Origin: Halorarum halobium
GTDB taxonomy: Archaea; Halobacteriota; Halobacteria; Halobacteriales; Haloferacaceae
NCBI RefSeq assembly: GCF_032116555.1
Contig: NZ_CP134949.1
Span: 1,426,001-1,490,000 of the forward strand
Direction: 5' to 3'
DNA: 64,000 nucleotides
This document shows, piece by piece, positions 39,960 through 47,947 of this stretch. Each line of letters starts with the position of its first letter. Position 1 is the first letter of the stretch. The position numbers and the translations under genes are program-made. The notes below the pieces were generated by a model. The model worked only from the letters and a program-made list of their open reading frames with translations. It searched no databases and had not been told where the DNA came from.

Positions 39960-41798
39960 ATGACCCGACTCCACCCGCTCTCGGCCGGCATCGACGCCGT
40001 CCAGCGCGCGATCCAGTTCGGGTCGTTCGCCTTCTTCGGGGTGATCATGCTGTCGGGACCCCTCGGCGTCCTCGAGTTCTTTCCGGCGCTGCTGCTCGCG
40101 CCGGTGGCGGCCGTCGTCGGCGCGGGCTATGCGGTCGCGCGCTATCTGCGGTTCGAGTACGAACTCGCCCCGGAACACCTGATCGTCACGTCCGGCGTGT
40201 TCTCACGGCAGGAGCGGGAGATCCCCCTCCGTCGGGTCCAGAACGTCGACGTCTCCCGGACGCTCGTCCAGCGCGTCCTGGGGCTGGCGACGGTCCGGTT
40301 CGAGACGGCCGGCGGCAGCGCCACGGAAGCGGAACTCGACGCGCTCGACGCGGACGAGGCGGACCGACTCCGACACGAGGTCGGCGAGCGCGTCAGGGCG
40401 ATCCGGGATGCGGAGCAGACCGGGGACGACGAATCCACGGTCGACGACGGCGAGCCCGGCGTACCTGCCGACCCTGCCGACTCGGCCGCCGAAACGCGTC
40501 GACCCGCGTCGGCACCCGACTCCCGGGGCGAGACCCTGTACGAGATCTCGACCGAGGACCTCCTCGTCCTGAGCGCCGTCTCGTTCCGTCCGAGCGCGGT
40601 CGTCGCACCCGTGTTCGGCGCGCCGTTCCTCGGGGACGTCGTCGCGGAAGGCGGACTGTTCGTGTTCCGTCTGGTCGGCGGTGCCAGGGCGGGCGGGCTC
40701 TCGGACGTGCTCGCGGCCGGCGCGACCGCGCTCGTCGGCGTCGTGGCGTTCGCGCTCACCGTCTGGGTCGCCAGCGCGGCGCTGACGTTCGCCCGCTACT
40801 ACGACTTCAAACTCGACCGGGTGGCCGACGAACTCCGGTACGAGCGCGGCCTGCTCGGTCGGTACAGCGGGACCGTCCCGCTGGGGAAGGTCCAGACGGT
40901 TTCGGTCGGCGAGAACGTCGCCATGCGTCGGCTCGGCTACGCCAGCCTCTCGGTGGAGACGGCCGGCTACGCGCCGGGGTCGAGCCGCGCGGGCGGCGCC
41001 GAGACGGCGATCCCGCTCGCGGCGCGAACGCGGGTCGTCGAACTCGCCCGGGACCTCCAGCCGTACGGCGAGCCGACGTTCCAGCGCCCGCCGAACCGCG
41101 CGCGGCGGCGGTACGCGATCCGGTACGCGCTCGTCTCGCTCGCCGTCGCTGCCGGCGTCTTCGGACTCAGCGTCGCGGTGGCCCCGCTGCCGGCGTTCGC
41201 CGCGGTGGCTCCGCTCCTGGGGCTCCTGCTCGCTCCCGTCGCCGCCCGGGCCAAGTGGCGACACCGCGGCTTCGACGAACGCGCGGACGCGGTGCTCACC
41301 CGGTCGGGGTTCTGGCACCGGACCACGCGAGTCGTGCCCTACTACCGGCTCCAGACCGTGTTCGTGCGCCGGACGATCTTCCAGCGCCGCTGGGGACTCG
41401 CCAGCCTCACGGCCGATACGGCCTCGACGACGAGCCTCGTCGGCGGCGACGCGACCGCCCACGACATCGACGAGGACGCCGCGGACGGGCTCCGCGAACG
41501 CCTGATCGAGCGACTCCGGGAGGATCTGGCGGAACGACGCGAGGACGTGAGCCCGAACGGAACGGCTCGCGGGCCGAACGGTGTCGGGGAACTCGATGAC
41601 GGTGACGGCACCGGACGGGGCCGCGGAACTACCGGACGAGGAGACGCGGACGGTGTCGGTGACGGTACCGGCGTCGGCGGCGACGGAAGCAGCGCCGGTG
41701 GCGACGGAACCGGCGTCGGTCGTGACGGCGGACGCGATGGTGACCGCGGCGGGGATGGCCGAACCGACGACGGCACCGCCGACGGTTCCAGCGGGTGA
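39960..41798 (+). CDS. Bacterial PH-domain membrane protein (YdbT-like)
   Basis: RLHP start, three bPH repeats (IPLRRVQNVD, VPLGKVQTV, VPYYRLQTV); Gly/Asp-rich tail. Confidence 0.9.
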   Translation: MTRLHPLSAGIDAVQRAIQFGSFAFFGVIMLSGPLGVLEFFPALLLAPVAAVVGAGYAVARYLRFEYELAPEHLIVTSGVFSRQEREIPLRRVQNVDVSRTLVQRVLGLATVRFETAGGSATEAELDALDADEADRLRHEVGERVRAIRDAEQTGDDESTVDDGEPGVPADPADSAAETRRPASAPDSRGETLYEISTEDLLVLSAVSFRPSAVVAPVFGAPFLGDVVAEGGLFVFRLVGGARAGGLSDVLAAGATALVGVVAFALTVWVASAALTFARYYDFKLDRVADELRYERGLLGRYSGTVPLGKVQTVSVGENVAMRRLGYASLSVETAGYAPGSSRAGGAETAIPLAARTRVVELARDLQPYGEPTFQRPPNRARRRYAIRYALVSLAVAAGVFGLSVAVAPLPAFAAVAPLLGLLLAPVAARAKWRHRGFDERADAVLTRSGFWHRTTRVVPYYRLQTVFVRRTIFQRRWGLASLTADTASTTSLVGGDATAHDIDEDAADGLRERLIERLREDLAERREDVSPNGTARGPNGVGELDDGDGTGRGRGTTGRGDADGVGDGTGVGGDGSSAGGDGTGVGRDGGRDGDRGGDGRTDDGTADGSSG

Positions 41799-41822
41799 GG
41801 CCGGCGCGGCGTGGTAGCCCTC

Positions 41823-42449
41823 TCAGGGCTCCCACTCCACCTCCGCGTCGGGAGCGTTCTTCAGGACGCTTCGCAGCCCTCGCCGGGCGGAGCGATCGGA
41901 CGAGTAGCCCTCCCCGGATGTGGCGATGACGTTCCCGTTCCGGTGGACGAGCCGCCAGCGCCACTCGTCGGCGCTGTCACGGTAGAGCTGGAAGCGGGCC
42001 AGGCTGGGTCCCTCGGCGGTCGGGGCGTCGGCGGGCGGGGCCACGAACGCGTCGCACTCCTCGATCCCCTCGGCGTCCCGGTGTCCCGCGGCCTCGGCGC
42101 GCATCGGTTCGCCGGGCGGTGCGCCCCAGAGCCTGGACCCGGTCGCGCTCCCGACCGTCGCCGCTCGCCCGCTCGCATCCGCACCGGTCGTTCCCGACGC
42201 CGCGTACTGCCGGCTCGACGTGCCGAGCGCGCTCGCGGGCGAGAGGCCGCCGGCGAGGATGGCCGCGACGACCAGCAGCGCCGCCGAGAGCACGACGAAG
42301 TTTCCGCTCGGCGCCTGTCCGGCCAGCGCGCCGCCGGTCCGGACGACGAACACGGTCAGGTAGAACGCGACGACCGCGAGCACGATCATCACGAGGAACC
42401 CGACGACGCTCTCCAGGAAACTGCCGAGTGCCCTGCCAACTCGTGACAT
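41823..42449 (-). CDS. Membrane-anchored YegP/DUF1508-domain protein
   Basis: N-terminal 2 TM segments; C-terminal FQLYRD..DEWRWRL...NGNVIATSGEGYSS. Confidence 0.82.
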   Translation of the reverse strand: MSRVGRALGSFLESVVGFLVMIVLAVVAFYLTVFVVRTGGALAGQAPSGNFVVLSAALLVVAAILAGGLSPASALGTSSRQYAASGTTGADASGRAATVGSATGSRLWGAPPGEPMRAEAAGHRDAEGIEECDAFVAPPADAPTAEGPSLARFQLYRDSADEWRWRLVHRNGNVIATSGEGYSSDRSARRGLRSVLKNAPDAEVEWEP

Positions 42450-42661
42450 GCCTAGGCGGACCCGACCCGCCCCAATAACTATTCTCCGCTTACCGTCCCA
42501 TCGCGGACGCGCTTAACCCGGATTCCCGCCGCTCAGGCGGTACGGGTTCCCTTCCTGTTTCCTCGTCGCCCCCATCGAGACGACGCGGACCGGAACCGGT
42601 CGGCCGTTCCGGTGGGCGCCGCGAGGTATCCGGGGCTCGCCGCGGTCGGCACCGACCCGCC

Positions 42662-43168
42662 TCACACGTCGTACCGGGGGATCCGGGCGAACCGCGCGAA
42701 CAGCGAGCCGAGGACGTACCCGTACACGAAGTGTGCCAGCAGGGTGACGACGACGAACGTCCAGAACGTCCCCTCGGCCCTGTTGGCCCCGAACGCGAAG
42801 AAGAAGCCGGTCCAGACGATGCTCGCGAACACGACGCCGCGGAGGCCGATGGAGCGCGAGGGGGGCAGGGAGCCGGCTAGGGCGACGAACAGTGTCGGGA
42901 GCATCGTCATCCCGATGGCGACGAAGAGGGCGACCCCGACCGGGAACGCCCAGGGGGAGGGGACTGCCACGCCGAGGAAGGTCGCGAGGCTGGCGAACTC
43001 CGTCGGCGAGAGCGCGCCGAGGGCGGCGGCGGCGACGAGCAGCGGTGCCATGGCGAGCACGCCGACGAGGCCGGCCCCGCCAGCGATCGCCAGCTTCCGC
43101 GGGGTGATGTCGCTCGACCCGTCCGATTCCGACTCCGTGGACGTCGCCGTCTCGGCGGAGTTCGACAC
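42662..43168 (-). CDS. Hypothetical 4-TM membrane protein
   Basis: Hydrophobic segments, HFVYGYVLG; GTG start. Confidence 0.75.
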   Translation of the reverse strand: MSNSAETATSTESESDGSSDITPRKLAIAGGAGLVGVLAMAPLLVAAAALGALSPTEFASLATFLGVAVPSPWAFPVGVALFVAIGMTMLPTLFVALAGSLPPSRSIGLRGVVFASIVWTGFFFAFGANRAEGTFWTFVVVTLLAHFVYGYVLGSLFARFARIPRYDV

Positions 43169-43211
43169 GGGTCGACGGAGGGGCAGGCCGACAATAAACG
43201 CCGAGCCTGCA

Positions 43212-45917
43212 CTAGCGACGTGCCCACGAGAGCATCCGCTCGTAGAACGGCTCGGAGGCGAGCGCGTCGGCGTCGCCGACGAGACAGAGGGCCTTCTTCG
43301 CCCGCGTCAGCGCGACGTTCACCCGCCGCGGGTCCTCGAAGATCGGCGAGGCGAGCGAGCCGGTGGCGACGAACGAGACGACGATCACCTCCTCGCTCGA
43401 CCCCTGGAAGCGGTCGACCGTGTCCACCGTCACGTCCGTGCGACGACCGATCTCGGCGACCTGTGCGCGGAACGGCGCGATGACGCCGACGTCCTCTCGG
43501 GGGACGCCGGCGTCGACGTACTCCGTCACGATCTCAGCGACGCGCTCGGCCTCCACGGGGTTCGCGTTCCCCGCACGCTCGCCGTCGGGGTCGACGAACG
43601 AGACGCCCTCGCGGAGTTCCGGCGGCAGGTCGCCGACGTCGACGCCTACCTCTCCGAGCGTCTGCCCGGCGACCTCGGGGGTCGCCGGGCGCAACGCCCC
43701 GTCGTAGAACTCGCTCGAGGAGAACGCCTGGATGCGCTGGCTCATCCGGTACTGCCGGTCGAGCATGACGCCTGCGTCGGGGTGCTCCTCGATGAGCCGC
43801 TGGAACAGCGAGCGCCGGAGGTCGGCTCGCGGCCCACTCCCCTCCCCGCTCGTACCCGAGGCGTGGAACGCCTCGCCGTTCTCCGCGCGGACGACTGGCG
43901 GCAACTGCTCGTGGTCGCCGACCAGCACGAACCGGTCGGCGAGGTTGACCGCGGCGAGCGTTCCCGGCTCCGTGAGCTGTGAGGCCTCGTCGACGAGCGC
44001 GACGTCGAACGCCTGCTCGCGCATCGCTCGCGACCCGCAGGCGGCCGTGGTGGCCGCGACGACGGGTGCGGAGTTCAGTTCGGCGGCGCGGTCGTTCGGC
44101 TCCCCCTTCCTGACGAGCCTGACGTCCTGCATGTCGCCCCGGACGCCGGTCTCCGTGCCGTAGCGGACCGCTCCCTCGAACCCCTGCTCCCGCAGTGCTT
44201 CCAGCGCGTTGTCGACCGCGCGGTTCGTGAACGCCGACAGCAGGACGCGGTCGCCGCGGTCGACGAACGCGCGGACGATGCGGGCGATGGTGTACGTCTT
44301 TCCCGTTCCGGGCGGTCCGTGGACGAGCGCGAAGTCCTCGGCGTTCAGCGCGCGGTTCACGGCCTCGTTCTGGGCGTCGTTGTTGTCGACGTACGTCGAC
44401 TCCCCGGAACCGAACTCCGGGTCGCGCCGGCCGAACAGCACGTCCTTCCGGTCGGGGTCGCCCTTGAGGACGGCGTCGTGGAGCGCGGTCAGCATCCGGT
44501 CGACCGAGATCTCGGAGGGGTAGACGTCGAGCCGTCGCAGGTCGACGGGCTCGTCGGTCGTCACGACGACCGACTCGCCCAGTTCCTCGATGCGACAGAG
44601 TTCGCTGTGGCCGCCCGTCGGGTCGCCGTCGGAGGCGAGCGCGACGTCGCCCTCGCGGAGCTTCGACACGGCCTCCGGGTCCTTCTCGGCCCGGAGCCGC
44701 CAGCGCCCGCCGGGGAGTTCCTCGCGGTCGACGGGGTCGAGGTCGATCAGCGCGCGGTCGTCCGCGGCGCGCCCCTGGGGGGTCTGCTCCCAGAGCTTCC
44801 GGTACTCGGCGTGGGTCTCGGCCCGCTCCTCCTCGATGGCGCGGTAGAACCGGTCGAAGTACTCGCGCTCCTCCGCGGGGAGCGGGGTGCCGATCTGGCC
44901 CGCCTTCGACTCCTGGTCCAGGCGGCCCGAGACGACCATGCAGGTGTCCTGCTCGAAGCAGTACTCGCAGTTCGCGTCTGCTTCGAACCCCGTCGGAATC
45001 GACGTGTCGTACTCCATCGCGGCGATCTCGTTGCGCGTGCGGACGACGAAGTCGAGCAGCCCCTTCCCGACCGAGAACTCCTTGGCGGGCGAGAGGTCCC
45101 CGCTGGCCTCCGACCGGTCGAGCGCGGTGTTCTTCGTGTACAGCAGCGTCCCCGTGTCTGCAGACACGCCGCGCTCCTCCAACAGCAGCGCGTAGCAGGC
45201 CGCCTGGATCTTGTCCTGGAACCGCGGGTCGCGGTTGGTGTTCTTCCCGGTCTTGAGTTCGACCGGCATCCCGCGGCGCAGGGCGTCGGCCCGTCCCTTG
45301 ATGCCGAACGTCGGCGAGATGAGCGTGTACTCCGAGCGCCAGTCGTCCTCCTCCGGGGTCAGCGTCCCCTGGTTCAGCCAGCCCTCGATGGCGGCGGCGT
45401 TCCGGCGAACCTCGTCTTCCACCTCCTCGCGCTCGCGCCCCAGCAGGCCGAGTTCGAGGCCCGCCTCCGCGACCTGCTCCTCGATGGACTCCTCCAGGTC
45501 GACGCCGCGGAGCAGGTCCCCGAACACCTCGTGGACGATGGTCCCCTTGACGACCGGGTAGTTCAGCGGGATGCCCGAAAGCTTGTTCAGGTAGTACATC
45601 CGCGGGCACTGCACCCACGAGCGGACGTCGGTCACGTCCACGAGGAAGTCCGGTTCGAGGACGACGGACGACTCCGAGGAGGTGGTGTACCCCTCGCGGT
45701 CGCCGAAGTCGTCCCGCTCGGCCTCGGTGAGCAGCAGTTCCATCCCGACCGCGGCGTGCTCGGCGGTGTGGGTCCACTTGCCCCACAGCGTCACCGTGAC
45801 GGGGTCGCCCGCGCCGCCGTCCGGCCGGACGGTGAGTTCCGCCAGGTCGCGCTCGCCGTACTTGGTGTCCACCGAGCGCACCGCGCCGACGTCAAGGATG
45901 GGCCCGCGAACGTTCAC
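43212..45917 (-). CDS. Dna2-like nuclease/helicase (OB fold, Cas4-like PD-(D/E)XK Fe-S nuclease, SF1 helicase)
   Basis: QCPRMYY, GRADA..PVELKTG, QAACY, CEYC....C; GPPGTGKT, DEASQ, GDHEQLPP, QYRM, VDRFQG, NVALTRAK. Confidence 0.94.
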   Translation of the reverse strand: MNVRGPILDVGAVRSVDTKYGERDLAELTVRPDGGAGDPVTVTLWGKWTHTAEHAAVGMELLLTEAERDDFGDREGYTTSSESSVVLEPDFLVDVTDVRSWVQCPRMYYLNKLSGIPLNYPVVKGTIVHEVFGDLLRGVDLEESIEEQVAEAGLELGLLGREREEVEDEVRRNAAAIEGWLNQGTLTPEEDDWRSEYTLISPTFGIKGRADALRRGMPVELKTGKNTNRDPRFQDKIQAACYALLLEERGVSADTGTLLYTKNTALDRSEASGDLSPAKEFSVGKGLLDFVVRTRNEIAAMEYDTSIPTGFEADANCEYCFEQDTCMVVSGRLDQESKAGQIGTPLPAEEREYFDRFYRAIEEERAETHAEYRKLWEQTPQGRAADDRALIDLDPVDREELPGGRWRLRAEKDPEAVSKLREGDVALASDGDPTGGHSELCRIEELGESVVVTTDEPVDLRRLDVYPSEISVDRMLTALHDAVLKGDPDRKDVLFGRRDPEFGSGESTYVDNNDAQNEAVNRALNAEDFALVHGPPGTGKTYTIARIVRAFVDRGDRVLLSAFTNRAVDNALEALREQGFEGAVRYGTETGVRGDMQDVRLVRKGEPNDRAAELNSAPVVAATTAACGSRAMREQAFDVALVDEASQLTEPGTLAAVNLADRFVLVGDHEQLPPVVRAENGEAFHASGTSGEGSGPRADLRRSLFQRLIEEHPDAGVMLDRQYRMSQRIQAFSSSEFYDGALRPATPEVAGQTLGEVGVDVGDLPPELREGVSFVDPDGERAGNANPVEAERVAEIVTEYVDAGVPREDVGVIAPFRAQVAEIGRRTDVTVDTVDRFQGSSEEVIVVSFVATGSLASPIFEDPRRVNVALTRAKKALCLVGDADALASEPFYERMLSWARR

Positions 45918-46017
45918 TACCCGAATGGACGGCCCTGCGCGAAAAACGGTGTCGGTACCCGGGCCGGAGCGGGAACCCTCCGGTGGAGTTTACCCCGCCG
46001 CCGACCCAGGGTGTCCC

Positions 46018-46698
46018 ATGGAGTACTTCGTCGTCGCGGTCCGGTGGCTCAGTCTGGGCGACGACGGCCTCGCGGGCAAGCACCGCGCGCTCGTCGAGCA
46101 CGTCGCCCCCGCGATGCGCGCCGTCGAGGACGCGGGCGAGGTCGCGCTGTGGATGCACTCGTTCTGGGACGCGAGCGGTCGGTTCGACGCGCCGACGCTC
46201 CGGGTCATCGTGGCGACCGACGGCGACGCCGCGGCCGCCGCCGCCGCGGTCGCGGACTCGCTTGAGGCACACGGCGTCTCCGCGGACGAGTTCGACCTCG
46301 ACACGTCGTTCGCCGCCGAACGACTGCACCGGTTCTGGGGCGAGCACCTCGACCAGTGGGCGGTCGCCAAGGCCGCCCTGTCGGATCTCGCGGTCGCGGC
46401 GATCGCCGACGATCTGGGCGAGTCGTTCGCGTTCCACCGGACCGTGAACCGGCCGGGCCACGTCTGGGCGAACATGCTCGGCTGCACGTACCTCGACGAG
46501 GCGGCGCTGTACGTCGCGCTCGCCCGCGGCTACCTCCAGTTGCTGAACCACGGCGACGGCCCGGACGCCGGTCCCGTCGCCGACGCGCTCGCCAGCCTCG
46601 ACGCGGCCGCGGCCGACCTCCCGGACCCGATGCGGGAACTCGACACCACGGAACTGGGCTCGGCGAACGCGAGCGGGACGCGGACGCCGCGGCGCTAG
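46018..46698 (+). CDS. Hypothetical protein resembling the Lant_dehydr_C (thiopeptide-type elimination) domain
   Basis: WMHSFWD...PTLRV, ERLHRFWG, SDLAV, HVWANMLG..EAALY pattern; divergent from the Dna2-like gene. Confidence 0.65.
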   Translation: MEYFVVAVRWLSLGDDGLAGKHRALVEHVAPAMRAVEDAGEVALWMHSFWDASGRFDAPTLRVIVATDGDAAAAAAAVADSLEAHGVSADEFDLDTSFAAERLHRFWGEHLDQWAVAKAALSDLAVAAIADDLGESFAFHRTVNRPGHVWANMLGCTYLDEAALYVALARGYLQLLNHGDGPDAGPVADALASLDAAAADLPDPMRELDTTELGSANASGTRTPRR

Positions 46699-46779
46699 CG
46701 GGTCCGGCCGGTCTTCGGGTTCCGATCAACGACCCGCAGAATGGCGACAGTGGCTCCGGAGAGCGACGGACGGGTGCGC

Positions 46780-47229
46780 TCAGTCGCCGTCCGGGGAGAA
46801 CTCGACGAGCGTGAGGTCGCGGTCCAGCGCACACGTCTCGTGGGGCGGGTCGCCGCGGACCTCGTCGATGCGACGTTCCTCCTCGAAGTCGGCGCCCAGC
46901 GGGACGCAGTACTCGTGGCTCGGACACTCGACGTGGGGACACGGCCCCGCGAGCGAGGCTTTGCTGCCGGCGTACGCGCCACGCGAGGGGACGCAGGCGG
47001 TGAGGCCGGTCGGCTCGACTTCGACCGCGCGGACCCCCTCGTCGTGGACCGCACAGTCGAGCAGTTGCGTGTTGTCGCGGACGCCCGTCACGCGGTAGCG
47101 TCGCCCCTCGGTGAGGTTGAGACACTGGCTCCGATAGGGGCAGCCCTCGCAGGCCGAGGACTCGCCCTCGTAGACGAACTCGGCGCCCGCCTCCGCAAGA
47201 CGGCTCCCGACGAGCGTGACAGCGGTCAT
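46780..47229 (-). CDS. UPF0179 family protein
   Basis: TLVGSRLA..G.EF, C..CPYR..C.NL..G..YRV, Cys-rich. Confidence 0.9.
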   Translation of the reverse strand: MTAVTLVGSRLAEAGAEFVYEGESSACEGCPYRSQCLNLTEGRRYRVTGVRDNTQLLDCAVHDEGVRAVEVEPTGLTACVPSRGAYAGSKASLAGPCPHVECPSHEYCVPLGADFEEERRIDEVRGDPPHETCALDRDLTLVEFSPDGD

Positions 47230-47254
47230 GTGACCCCCTTCCGCGGGGTCGCGG

Positions 47255-47647
47255 TTACGCCTTTCGCCCGACCAGTTCGTCGAGCTTCTCGAAGTAGCGC
47301 TCCCGGGGCACCTGATAGACGTCGCGGTAGTCGATCCCGCCCGAGGCGAACCGGTCCGCGAGCTCGCGCGCCGCAGTCACCGCCGCCGCCCTGTCGTCCA
47401 GCCGCTCCGACGTCGCCTCGACCTCGGGTTCGAGAAACAGCGTCACCCGCCACTCGTCGGTCTCGCGGTGGGCCGCACCCGGCCGTTTCCGGGGCGAGCC
47501 GTTGGTCACGTACAGCGTCGGGAGACAGGCGGCCGGGGAGGCGTCACCGTCGAACACGTCCGGCCGGTAGACGAGGACGGTGCGACCCTCCGGCTCCTCG
47601 TTCCACACGCGCCAGCCGTCCGCGAGGGCGTCCGACTCGAAGCTCAT
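47255..47647 (-). CDS. Conserved haloarchaeal hypothetical protein (DUF5820-like)
   Basis: GWRVWNEEP.GR..LVYRPDVF, CLPTLY, DYRDVYQVPRE.Y. Confidence 0.8.
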   Translation of the reverse strand: MSFESDALADGWRVWNEEPEGRTVLVYRPDVFDGDASPAACLPTLYVTNGSPRKRPGAAHRETDEWRVTLFLEPEVEATSERLDDRAAAVTAARELADRFASGGIDYRDVYQVPRERYFEKLDELVGRKA

Positions 47648-47947
47648 GCTCGAACGGACGCGCCCGGTCCACTAAGGCAGTCCGCTCCGCAGGGGCGGGA
47701 CTTATAAAGCCTGTCGGACGCCCGGCTGCCGTGAGGCTGACGCGTGCGACTTCTCCCACGGGGGGCACAAGGCTTTTAGGTGTTAACAACCCACATGGCA
47801 TTAAGCCTCCCCTCCGGAGGAGGGAGGTCGACCCCGCTCGCCCCGCTGCTCTGGTCGCATCCCCGCCGTCACGTCGCGTGGGTAGGGTCGCACACGGTCG
47901 GCGCTGTATCGACGGAACTCGTCGAACACGCGGACACACAAACCACA

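Noticed and set aside
35912..45917. Inteins in Lhr or the Dna2-like helicase
   Set aside because: Protein lengths and motif spacing are normal; no C/S...HN splice motifs or LAGLIDADG blocks were seen.
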